In this document: positions 46,331 to 57,577 of the stretch, one piece after another
Position numbering within the stretch: the stretch's first letter is position 1
Layout of the letters: each line of letters starts with the position of its first letter
Assembly: GCA_002269645.1 (NCBI GenBank)
Contig: NIVC01001476.1
Location: 186,001 to 250,000 of the forward strand
Length of the DNA: 64,000 bases
Direction of reading: 5' to 3'
Origin: Macrostomum lignano
Lineage: Eukaryota
Notes under the pieces: model-generated
Seen by the model: the letters and a program-made list of their open reading frames with translations, nothing else
What the model was told of the DNA's origin: nothing
The model's database searches: none
Position numbers and translations under genes: made by a program

Positions 46331-47599
46331 TCTCCGCTACAGCTGATCGCGGTTGTCCAACAATGATATCAGAGATGTATTGTTCTAACAACCAGTTGTG
46401 GGAGAAACAATAAACTGTGAAAGTTGACTTATTTCAATAATTAAAAAATTAATAAGCGCCAGCGGAATGGGGCCAGAGAAATGTTTGTGGCCACTAAGCG
46501 CAGTTCTATTAGTAGCAAATATTGGTTTGGAGCAGAAGTGAAGGCAGCGAACACAGGCCAGAGTGAGGTGTGCAAGTTGAGCACGATTGCGAACACGAGA
46601 GAAGCTGGTGCTCAACGGAGACAAACAGTTTTGGATTGGCGACTTGGGGGGGGGTCGTGTCGCAGAGTGGCGGGGGGATTTAATTTCGGGCGGCTCCCCG
46701 CGGCGACCACTCTCGCTTTCAATGGTGTCAGCACGGGCCTTAATTAGGCTGGGCCCCTGTCTCGCAGGGTTGCTAAATGAAATCAGAGGCCTGCAGGAGG
46801 ACAGAAAGACAAGCCTGGAAGAGGAGCGGATGCTGTGTAATTACCTGCTGGGTCGGGCAGCGGAGACGCCTCGGTCGCGTTTTGTGCCTTCGAGAGTCGA
46901 GAGGGGGAAGCGCGGCGGTCGACGACTCGCTGCAGGTGATGGCAATTAATTTTATTCGCTTATTGTTTGCGCTGGCAATTATAAACTGATCGAGAGAGAG
47001 AGAGAGAGAGAGAGACGCGCTTGAGGGCAGGCAGAGCATGGGGTTGGCGCGGGGTGGGGTTATTCTAACAAACAATGCAATGGGCCGCACTGCCCCACCC
47101 ACTCGTCCCGCATCCATTGGCGGCAGGAATCCCCAAGCCGATCGAGCTTCGGTTCCACGGGCCCTGGCCCAAGCCCCGCGTCAGACCGCTTTGATTCGCT
47201 GTGGGTTTCCTGTGTTAGCCGGGAGTGGAATTGCTCAGTAGATTACATGAAATTGGCGTGGGATAATAAGTGTACGGCTTGTAGCCTCGAGTTTGTAATT
47301 ACACTTCAAGAGCAAGCGGAGCAATCAGAGCTGTTGGTTTGCGATCATTTATTTTGGCGCGCATTATTATGGCGTCCAACCAAAGGCTACTCGTATTCTC
47401 AAAAAGATGAACGCACACAGTAGAATTTTACCTGGCCAAAACTTCCTTCGTCAACAAAAGACGTCACCCAAAGTTTGGAAAATTTAATAAAAGATTTTGA
47501 CGGCAAACACGCATCATGCCAAGGTCTCTTGGTTCCAATCCGCTCTGCAGTCCCATTTCTGCGGGATTGGTGCGCGTAAAAGCAAGCGGCCTGGGGGCT

Positions 47600-47710
47600 T
47601 GTCGTATCGACCAACCCCTGAGGTAAAGGGTGTGTGTTTGTGTGTACACAGCTATGTTATGAGAAAATCAGGGTCGCTGTACACCCTCCTGTACACCCTG
47701 CCGACCGTGG
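47600..47710 (+). mobile_element. SINE 3' fragment
   Basis: aaaatcagggtcgctgtacaccc motif; a similar fragment lies at ~56030-56085. Confidence 0.45.
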
Positions 47711-48697
47711 GTCCTCTTGGGGCTACAGGCGGCCAGGTAATCACTGAAAAGAGGGCTTAAAAGCTTGGATGGGTTGAGACGAATTCGGGGCAAAATTTAT
47801 GCTGTGTTATATTTTCTTCTTTTGTGTTTAGTGTCTTTCCCTAGTACTCGGAGCATGCTTAACGTTCTTGGTTTTCGGTAGATTTGCTGCGGCTTAAATA
47901 AATTACACAATTGGTAGTATTGGCAGCGCAGCGATTTTTCCATCTTGGGTCATTGCTTTAAAAGGTTTTTTCGTAGATTATATGAATAATTGCTCGGATG
48001 TAATTGCTGCCTTTTGGTCGGGGTTGTCCTTGCGGGGACCAGGTGTGGGCATCGCGGTCTGAGTCCCGAGGAAGACCAAACCATGCAAAGCAATTTTCGT
48101 TGTCCAAATGAACATCAATGTGTAGCAGAAAAATTGTTGCTCCTACCTGGCTTTGAAGTTTGCTTTACCTTGCCTGCCACAGCTGCTTGCGAGGAATTAA
48201 ATGCTATTTTTTTTCTACCAGCTGATTGATAAGATTTCACATGGATCTTTTTAACCGATTTTTTTCTTCTTTTGCAAAGAGCAAGAGAGAAAATTACGAT
48301 GCAAGTCAGGATTTGGACAAAACTTGATCTATGAATGAATTTGCACTAAAGTAACGTATGCAATGAGTGTAAATTTATTGTAAAAAGTGAGCAGATTACT
48401 GAAGACTGAGTACATGGACCAAGTTGCTCTTCATTCTGTGAAGAGGTACAAAACGACCCAACGACTTTTCCGAGACGGCCTTTCTAAGAATGCTTCTTAG
48501 ATGCTAATTATTTCTTTCTAAGATGGGTTGATTCGGACGAACTGTATGCCAAAGGCTAACGGAATGCTGACGGAATTCAGCGGCTCGGCTAACTTGTTCC
48601 CGACGTCCGGGAGGCTTTGCCTGGACTGACTTTCCAGTTTTGTAAGGACAGTCCAGCAGTTACGTGCTAGACCGCCAGAATGCGGCGTTGTTCCAGG

Positions 48698-49107
48698 GGG
48701 GAGTACGAGAATTTTCCGCAGGAAGTTTTCCCGCCGAGGTTTTCCCGCTGGAGGTTTTCCCGCAGAATTTTTCCTGTCGAAATTTCAAGTCAAATATAGT
48801 CTATAGACAATGCTAGACTAGAGTAGACTAGACTAGACTAGACTACACATTAACTAGACTAGATTAAAAACTAGACCAGACTAGATTAAAAACTAGACCA
48901 GACTAGATTAAAAACTAGACCAGACTAGATTAAAAACTAGACTAGACTAGATTAAAAACTAGGCTAGACTAGATTTCAATAATACGATTGGAGTTGACTT
49001 GAAATTCCGAACTGGAAAAACTCTCACGCGAAAACCTCGCTGCGGGAAAAGCTTGTGCAGGCAAACATCGGCGGGAAAACTTCCTGCGGGAAATTCTCTA
49101 TAGACCC
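48698..49107. mobile_element. MITE with long sub-repeated TIRs and 8-bp TSD (Merlin/MULE/P-type, superfamily uncertain)
   Basis: Ends GGGGAGTACGAGAATT / AATTCTCTATAGACCC; ~15-bp ttttcccgc sub-repeats inverted at both ends; TSD GTTCCAGG (48690-48697, 49108-49115); (ACTAG)n core. Confidence 0.8.
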
Positions 49108-50719
49108 GTTCCAGGTGGGTAGTGTGGAGACCTCATCGCCCGATCAGCAGGTTGACGCGGTACATGCACGTCTTTCACTAGGTCGGCGACGAGCAATCAG
49201 TCACCAACGAGGAAACTCTATCTGGAACCTGACAGAGTTTCTTCTTGTTGCGCCACTTTTACAGCTGTAGTCTAGTTCCAAGCTGCAATCGGCTAATCGT
49301 ATTGGCAGTTACTTGAAATAAATTTTTTTGAAAGGTTGTTTTGATGTTTCATAACATAGTACATGTACATGTATATGTGATAAAAAGGCTGCTATCCAAG
49401 AATTCACTATACTTGTAGTAAAACATGAGGTGCGTATGATGATTTTCTGATGAAAAAATTTTTCTTGCATCGTGAACTTTGACTTACTTTTGCATATATG
49501 TAAATTTGTAGCATAATGCATCGATTGATGAATTTGAGCAATCAGAGCTTTTGACGGCTGCCGCAGTGGCCAGCCAGAAACTCAGCTAGTAGGGTTTATT
49601 TTCTTGGGGAGGGGGCTATCTGAATCACAGAAGATCAAAACACTTTATTACTGTTTAACAGATGTGTGAAGAAAAGGTTCCCAAAAACTTTTGACATTGA
49701 TTTATAGGCGCGGCGGAAGAAGAGAAACACAATTTGTACATTGTATTGGGCGGGGGGCAACACAGGGCATGTAAATTCTGATATATTTTGGATAGAGGAA
49801 GCCTTTTTATAATTGTAACATTATTTAGTCATTTAGGCATATATTAGAGTATTTAATATTCTGCGTGCAGCAGCTGCATACAGCATACAATTAAGGACCA
49901 CTACACTTCGTTATATGAAGTCTAGTAGTCCTTGACAGCATACTGCGAAAACATGTAATTGGGGAAGGCACCCCCCCAAAAAATTGTTGGTCGGGCAATC
50001 GCCCAAACCCTGCTCCCTGAGTCAGTCACTGATGGACATGATTTCGAGGGGGGATGGGGCGGCCCAAGGCCAGCAGGAGCAGCGGACCACAAACAAACCA
50101 AATTTGTCTATTTAGACCCATCCTGCAGTGTAATTCAACTTTCTGGTTTTGCTAAGAAAGTAATCCGGGAGTGTTTTCCTCTGCAACTCTAAACATGGAC
50201 AACTAGCTAATACCTCAGGACGTTGACAATTTTTCCGGAATTTTCCCATTATTCGGAACATGCCACCCGTGTTCACGACGTAAAGCCAAAACGCGCACTT
50301 CCCGGCTTCACCCGCGAAGCTTCATTTTATTGGAGGGAATTTAAACTGCTACATAAATCTAAGAAATGCAGTACATTTTGTATACCTTACTTTGATAACT
50401 TTTTAAGTAACAAAACAATATCGTTACCTTTCTTTCTGAACGACCCGTATGCACTTGACTTTTAATTTTTGCTTTTCTCTGCATTTACTCCATCTAATAT
50501 TTTACATAGGAAATCTTGGTTATTGTAATTATTAATGTGTGCAGTGTTTATATGTTGTATGTAAATTTTAATTTATGGCTTTTTATAGCCAAATAGTTCA
50601 GGACCTCAGATCAGGATTTATCTGTTAGAAAATAGGGCCTACTGGAAGTTATTGTGAGAAATAAAAAGATACTGCTTTGCTTTTACTGAAACTTATAAAA
50701 CTTGTTACTTTGATGGATT

Positions 50720-50868
50720 CAGGTGCAGATCCAGAAAATTTTGAATGGGGGCACAGATTACTAAAGGTACATATGTACATGATAGTGTATTTTCCATATA
50801 AAAACTAAAAAAATCTAACTCAATGGGGGTGCTCCCTGATCCTGTGTCCTCCGTTAAATCTGCCACTG
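50720..50868. mobile_element. hAT-like MITE
   Basis: CAGGTGCAGATCCAG...TAAATCTGCCACTG; TSD GATGGATT / AATGGATT (7/8 match). Confidence 0.7.
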
Positions 50869-51213
50869 AATGGATTAATTTTTATCAAAGGCCTAGGAAA
50901 TCAATATTTGATTTTTAATGACACATTGGTATTATATTAGTAGTAAAGACCCAGTATGCTAGTAGAATATAATATAACATTCATTTTCAAGCAGCATATT
51001 TTTTATAAATATTTTAATTTAGATTTACAACTATCTAATAACAAAAATTTATACTTGATTAAAAAAGCAATATTTCACTTAAATATTTATTTTTTTAATT
51101 TGATAATTTGATAATCTTTGTTTCAATTACAACATAGTCATAAGCCTTTTGCAATGATATTTATATATATGTTTTAATTGCTATAAAATTAATATCTACT
51201 TTATAATATATAT

Positions 51214-51604
51214 GCGCAACCTTGGGAATCACTCAGCTGTTTCTATTGGCAACACACACATATAAGTCACTATTGGTTGAAAGCAGTCACATGACTACTA
51301 TTCTGTCCTAGGGCAATTCTGAGTAGCCCTTTTTAATATTTGAAGCTTGAGCTTGTGTAGATGTCGGGTATAGATTGTGTCTAGATGTCTGATTAGATTG
51401 TGCTGAGATATCTGACTAGATTGTGCTTAGATATCTGACTAGATTGTGTTTAGATATCTGACTAGATTGTGCTGAGATATCTGACTAGATTGTGCTGAGA
51501 TACCTGACTAGTCTCATTGTGTCACATGACTACTATTCTGTCCAATAGTGACTTACATGTGTGTGTTGCCAATAGAAATGGCCAGGTGAATCCCTAAGTT
51601 GTGT
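51214..51604. mobile_element. Inverted-repeat element carrying a captured copy of the GGCT stop/3' UTR
   Basis: Arms ...tttctattggcaacacacacatataagtcactattgg / ccaatagtgacttacatgtgtgtgttgccaatagaaa...; insert 51309-51520 lies between 23-bp direct repeats. Confidence 0.7.
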
Positions 51605-52004
51605 CCAAGCATGCTTTATAATAAGTTTTTCCTTAAGTAGTTATTAATAGGCCTATCAAAGTAAATAAAATTAAAAACTATTTTCACTAGATCTACCTAA
51701 TTTAATGATTGACAATTCAAAGTAATATTCTATTTCTTTTTGCTTTTTGATTGGCTATAAATCACTTAAGTCTTTATAAAACTATTATTTACACTATGGT
51801 GGACCATTGTTTAAATGATAAGAAAGTAATCAATTTCATAACTAAATAGTAATGAATATGTGCTCATCTGCTGAGTTCTTTTTGAGCAACTATTCAAGCT
51901 GTATCTCTCCTATGTGAGCGATCTCAACCTGAAAATTTTTGTCCAAGTTCTCATGTCTCTTGATGTCATAGACAGTCAGCACGCCCTCAGCAGCCAATCA
52001 AATC

Positions 52005-52628
52005 ATGTCAGTCTCCTCTCTGGCCCGCCCCGGCCGATTTCTCTACTTCGGTTTTGGCAGCAACCTGCTGCGTGAGCGGCTTCGTCTGGCCAACAAGTCG
52101 GCCAAATTTCAGGCCACCGGCCGCCTGTCCGGTTATCGGCTGGAATTCGCCGACCCATCGCATTCGCTGCCGCAGTCGGATCGCGATAAAGCGCAGCGCA
52201 CTTGGCACGGCGGCGCGGCCACTATAGTTGAAGCCGACGCCCAGAAGTTTGTCTTTGGCACCGTCTGGTCCCTAGCCGATGGCGACTCCGACTCGTTGGA
52301 CAGTCAGGAAGGCGTCGACAGTGGAATCTACGAGCGAATCAGCGTGACAGTCAGGCTGCTGGACTCCGGGCAGGAGGTCCGGTGCCGCAGCTACCGCATG
52401 GTCCGCTGCCAGCCCATGGCCCCGTCGCCGCACTATCTCGACATCATCCTCCGCGGCGCCGTTCAATCCGGCTTTCCAGCCGACTATGTCGACAATTTGC
52501 GCAAACGGCAGCACAATGGCTACGCTGGCGAGTGCATAAAATACTTTGAAGTGTTGCGGCAGTGCGCGGCAGCCGCTGATGATGTACCGCCATGCCAGAT
52601 TGATGCGCTGCGCGGCCTGCAATTCTGA
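52005..52628 (+). CDS. GGCT: Gamma-glutamylcyclotransferase, single exon, 207 aa
   Basis: FLYFGFGSNL, WHGGAATIVE, VFGTVW, SLDSQEGV (catalytic Glu), PSPHYLDIILRGA, HNGYAG motifs. Confidence 0.95.
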   Translation: MSVSSLARPGRFLYFGFGSNLLRERLRLANKSAKFQATGRLSGYRLEFADPSHSLPQSDRDKAQRTWHGGAATIVEADAQKFVFGTVWSLADGDSDSLDSQEGVDSGIYERISVTVRLLDSGQEVRCRSYRMVRCQPMAPSPHYLDIILRGAVQSGFPADYVDNLRKRQHNGYAGECIKYFEVLRQCAAAADDVPPCQIDALRGLQF

Positions 52629-52674
52629 GTAGCTCTTTTTAATATTCAAAGCTTGAGCTTGTGTAGATGTCGGG

Positions 52675-53476
52675 TATAGATTGTGTCTAGATGTCTGATT
52701 AGATTATGCTGAGATATCTGACTAGATTGTGTCTAGATGTCTGATTAGATTATGCTGAGATATCTGACTAGATTGTGCTGAGATATCTGACTAGATTGTG
52801 CTGAGATATCTGACTAGATTGTGCTGAGATATCTGACTAGATTGAGCTGAGATATCTGACTAGATTGTGTCTAGATGTCTGATTAGATTGTGCTGAGATA
52901 TCTGACTAGATTGTGCTGAGATATCTGACTAGATTGAGCTGAGATATCTGACTAGATTGTGCTGAGATATCTGACTAGATTGTGCTGAGATATCTGACTA
53001 GATTGTGCTGAGATATCTGACTAGATTGTGCTGAGATATCTGACTAGATTGTGCTGAGATATCTGACTAGATTGTGCTGAGATATCTGACTAGATTGTGC
53101 TGAGATATCTGACTAGATTGTGCTGAGATATCTGACTAGATTGTGCTGAGATATCTGACTAGATTGTGCTGAGATATCTGACTAGATTGTGCTGAGATAT
53201 CTGACTAGATTGTGCTGAGATATCTGACTAGATTGTGCTGAGATATCTGACTAGATTGTGCTGAGATATCTGACTAGATTGTGCTGAGATATCTGACTAG
53301 ATTGTGCTGAGATATCTGACTAGATTGTGCTGAGATATCTGACTAGATTGTGCTGAGATATCTGACTAGATTGTGCTGAGATATCTGACTAGATTGTGCT
53401 GAGATATCTGACTAGATTGTGCTGAGATATCTGACTAGATTGTGCTGAGATATCTGACTAGATTGTGCTGAGATAC
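52675..53476. repeat. 23-bp minisatellite (~35 copies) downstream of GGCT
   Basis: gattgtgctgagatatctgacta unit. Confidence 0.98.
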
Positions 53477-54193
53477 AGTGTATCTGTCTGGGTGAAATCC
53501 TAAAGCTGCAATTTTCAACTAATTTTTGTATATTTCAAGCTTCAATTGTGCCGAATATTGCTTTTAATAAAGATATCGCTTGTTCTATGCATAATGGGCG
53601 ACAGGGTACATTTATAGTCTGCATCGAAGAATGTTGATACGTTTTAGATCTTCAGTGATTTCTTTCTACTCTGTGTTGACGGGTCTCTGGGCAGCAGGCT
53701 GAGTTGTTCAATTTGAAACCTGGTGGGAAACCTCATGAGCGGCTCTTGAAGTGCTTATTTGAAATATAAATGTTAGCGTTATGTTATTGCAATATTTATT
53801 ACTAGAAAGTTCCTATAAAATCGATTATCATCAAACTTTAATCTGTTGGAGTTCAAAAGTGATTTTTTTCTCCAAGTTATTACTTACAGTAGATAGTTAA
53901 ATAAATGTAAATAGATGTACAATCTGGCTTTTCCCGAAGTTATTCCCCGATGCATGAGGTCTATTGTGCCCTAAAATCTGGTTCAATCCGGAATTAATGT
54001 TTAGCGACTTTGTCTATGAAATTTTACATTCTTCAGCTATAGATTAGCAATCCATTATAGTATATAGTTTAGCAATACACATTCTGGTCTATAGATTAGC
54101 AATCCACTAGTTCCATGTTTAGCGACTTTGCTTATGGAAGTTTACATTCTTCAGCTATAGATTAGCAACCAACTAGTCTATACAAAACTCAAT

Positions 54194-54241
54194 ATTATTT
54201 GCGACGCGTTTCGGCTAAAACTAGCCATCTTCAGGCACTAT
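54194..54241 (-). ncRNA. Minimal type I hammerhead ribozyme (identical mirror copy)
   Basis: Exact reverse complement of 54278-54325 within the palindrome. Confidence 0.75.
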
Positions 54242-54277
54242 CGAACAGAATTTATTTCAACCTGTTCAATCTGTTCG

Positions 54278-54325
54278 ATAGTGCCTGAAGATGGCTAGTT
54301 TTAGCCGAAACGCGTCGCAAATAAT
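54278..54325 (+). ncRNA. Minimal type I hammerhead ribozyme
   Basis: UGC-CUGAAGA-U-GGCUA(GUUU)UAGCC-GAAA-CGCGUC^GCA: conserved core, 5-bp stem II, palindromic ACGCGU helix III, GUC cleavage triplet at 54314-54316, short stem I (UGC/GCA). Confidence 0.75.
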
Positions 54326-54371
54326 ATTGAGTTTTGTCTTACTATTATCTGTTAAGAGTGCTTCTCTACCG

Positions 54372-55425
54372 CAACTAGTCTATAGATTAGCAATCCACTA
54401 GTCTATAGATTAGCAATCCACTATTCTATAGATTAGCAATCCACTATTCTATATATTAGCAATCCACTAGTCTATATATTAGCAATTCACTAGTCTATAG
54501 ATTAGCAATCCACTAGTCTATATATTAGCAATTCACTAGTCTATAGATTAGCAATTCACTAGTCTATATATTAGCAATTCACTAGTCTATAGATTAGCAA
54601 TTCACTAGTCTATATATTAGCAATTCACTAGTCTATAGATTAGCAATCCACTAGTCTATAGATTAGCAATTCACTAGTCTATAGATTAGCAATTCACTAG
54701 TCTATAGATTAGCAATCCACTAGTCTATATATTAGCAATTCACTAGTCTATAGATTAGCAATCCACTAGTCTATATATTAGCAATTCACTAGTCTATAGA
54801 TTAGCAATTCACTAGTCTATAGATTAGCAATTCACTAGTCTATAGATTAGCAATTCACTAGTCTATAGATTAGCAATCCACTAGTCTATATATTAGCAAT
54901 TCACTAGTCTATAGATTAGCAATTCACTAGTCTATAGATTAGCAATTCACTAGTCTATAGATTAGCAATCCACTAGTCTATATATTAGCAATTCACTAGT
55001 CTATAGATTAGCAATCCACTAGTCTATATATTAGCAATTCACTAGTCTATAGATTAGCAATTCACTAGTCTATATATTAGCAATTCACTAGTCTATAGAT
55101 TAGCAATTCACTAGTCTATATATTAGCAATTCACTAGTCTATAGATTAGCAATCCACTAGTCTATAGATTAGCAATTCACTAGTCTATAGATTAGCAATT
55201 CACTAGTCTATAGATTAGCAATCCACTAGTCTATAGATTAGCAATCCACTAGTCTATAGATTAGCAATCCACTAGTCTATATATTAGCAATTCACTAGTC
55301 TATAGATTAGCAATCCACTAGTCTATATATTAGCAATTCACTAGTCTATAGATTAGCAATTCACTAGTCTATAGATTAGCAATTCACTAGTCTATAGATT
55401 AGCAATCCACTTGTCTATAGATTAG
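54372..55425. repeat. 23-bp minisatellite (~45 copies)
   Basis: tagtctatagattagcaatccac / ...aattcac units; degenerate copies begin ~54035. Confidence 0.98.
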
Positions 55426-55570
55426 AAGTACATTTTAATCAATGTCGATAATACTTGAGAATTTATAGCTAAATTAAATCTGGCCACTGAAGATACAGAT
55501 TTTAACATTTAAGGCTTCTTCACAGCGTTGTCATTGAGCCATTGAAATTATATACGGCTGACGTGCCAGG

Positions 55571-55921
55571 AATACACTTAGCCACCAATACACTTAGCCA
55601 CCAATACACTTAGCCACCAATACACTTAGCCACCAATACACTTAGCCACCAATACACTTAGCCACCAATACACTTAGCCACCAATACACTTAGCCACCAA
55701 TACACTTAGCCACCAATACACTTAGCCAACAATACACTTAGCCACCAATACACTTAGCCACCAATACACTTAGCCAACAATACACTTAGCCACCAATACA
55801 CTTAGCCACCAATACACTTAGCCACCAATACACTTAGCCACCAATACACTTAGCCACCAATTCACTTAGCCACCAATACACTTAGCCACCAATACACTTA
55901 GCCACCAATACACTTAGCCAC
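55571..55921. repeat. 16-bp minisatellite (~22 copies)
   Basis: tacacttagccaccaa unit. Confidence 0.98.
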
Positions 55922-56388
55922 GCGAAAAATATGGGTATACATTAAAAAGAAGCCGCCTTCTCCGCGTTCTCTAGTAGCCTCACTCTACATCAATTGTCCA
56001 ATAATTGTCCAATAATAATTGATGTAGCCTGACAATTAGAAAGTCAGGGCCGCTGTACACACTGCGTGAGCGATTGTATTAGTGCGTGCATTGCTCATGT
56101 TTTATTGGATTTCTTAGGTCCCAGTTTGCCAGACAAAACAGAAACGACTCAAATCATACAGTTGAATCGGTTTACCAGCAATTACGTAAACCTCGAATAT
56201 TATAACACTTTAGCCTTATTTTGAGCCAGCTATACTGGAGTATTAAAAAACCATCGCTTTCAAGTGACGATTAACCTTCAGCGCATCGTTAAGGATTAGC
56301 GATTAAAAGAAACTTTATTTCTTTTGTCTGTCTTATTATCAAAATTGCAACCTGATGCCGCACAACATGTTGTCAGGCCGATAGTCTA

Positions 56389-57577
56389 TCACTGCCGACC
56401 GCGGCCAGGCAGTGGGCAGAGGCACACGCACTTGGAGCCGTACCAGCCTTGCTGATAGTATCCGTAACAGTCCGAGGCGGCCAGTCCAGAGCCAAACTTG
56501 CGCCGGCATGTTCGGGTGCAGTACAGCATTAGCTGTTTGTAGTACTTGTCTGCGAAAAGTGGCCGGCGGGGGTCGGAGAAGTGCTGGCGTCACACAGTAT
56601 AATTTAATGAAGAGTACATGTATAGCAAGAGAAGAATTTAAAGCGAATCTCTTAGCTTGTATAGCGTGTGCGAAAAGGGTTGCATCCTGATAAGGAACTT
56701 ATAGATCTGTCGTCTTTTAGTATGCATGCTTTCATAGAACGCATACATGTAGCGCTGAATAAGGGTTCCGTCATACACTGCAGGATCTGCACGTAATGTG
56801 GCACCTTCCAATGTGACGCCCTCTCGGACATCTGTGACGCCTTCCCGGACATCTATAGCGCCCTCCCGGACATCTATAGCGCCCTCCCGGACATCTATAG
56901 CGCCCTCCCGGCTCCCGGGCATACTGTGGCGCCCTCTCGGACATCTATAGCGCCCTCCCGGACATACTGTGGCGCCCTCCCGGACATCTATAGCGCTCTC
57001 CCGGACATACTGTGACGCCTTCCCGGACATCTATAGCGCCCTCCCGGACATACTGTGACGCCCTCCCGAACATACTGTGACGCCCTCTCGGACATCTATT
57101 GCGCCCTCCCGGATATACTGTGGCGCCCTCCCGGACATACTGTGACGCCCTCTCGGACATCTATTGCGCCCTCCCGGATATACTGTGGCGCCCTCCCGGA
57201 CATACTGTGACGCCCTCTCGGACATCTATGGCGCCCTCCCGGATATACTGTGGCGCCCTCCCGGACATCTATAGCGCCCTCCCGGACATACTGTGGCGCA
57301 CTTCCTAACAGCGCCATCAACCAAGTTTAATCGGGTCGAAGTTTGTACATGTAATAGAAGGCTGAATCCAAATCGAACCTATACGGTTCGTACATGCAAA
57401 TGCATCAAGGCGTTTACGCAGATTGAAGACCGATCGCTTATCTCGACTGCCCCCCAGTAATCCGGCAGGGCGAGCTTTTCCGGTAGTCATTTCTGGCACA
57501 GCTGAGCACAGGTGAGCTGTCAGCTGGAGCATTGCGCAGCAGCAGATCAGCATAGCAACAGCCGACATTGAACGCAT
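56389..57577 (-). CDS. Secreted cysteine-rich prepropeptide with CS-alpha-beta (defensin/macin/toxin-like) signature, 138 aa, 2 exons
   Basis: Exon 57577-57322 MRSMSAVAMLICCCAMLQLTAHLCSA...RDKRSVFNLRKR-LDAFACTNRIGSIWIQPSITCTNFDPIKL|GTTGAT (weak donor, phase 1); exon 56549-56389 (ttttcgcag|) DKYYKQLMLYCTRTCRRKFGSGLAASDCYGYYQQGWYGSKCVCLCPLPGRGRQ*. Confidence 0.7.
56812..57300. repeat. ~21-bp degenerate minisatellite in the intron of the Cys-rich peptide gene
   Basis: gccctcccggacatctatagc / gccctcccggacatactgtgac units. Confidence 0.93.

Larger units (their letters stand above)
54183..54371. mobile_element. Penelope-like element terminal-repeat fragment in inverted configuration
   Basis: Perfect 68-bp arms 54182-54249 / 54270-54337, 34-nt 3' extension, 13-bp TSD CAACTAGTCTATA (54170-54182, 54372-54384); cctgaagatg...gccgaaacgcgtc motif typical of PLE repeats. 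Confidence 0.8.

Noticed and set aside
47990-49270. Short Cys-containing ORF (47990-48229) and frames reopened by removing the MITE at 48698-49107
   Set aside because: Non-ATG starts, no recognisable motifs and no consistent exon chain.
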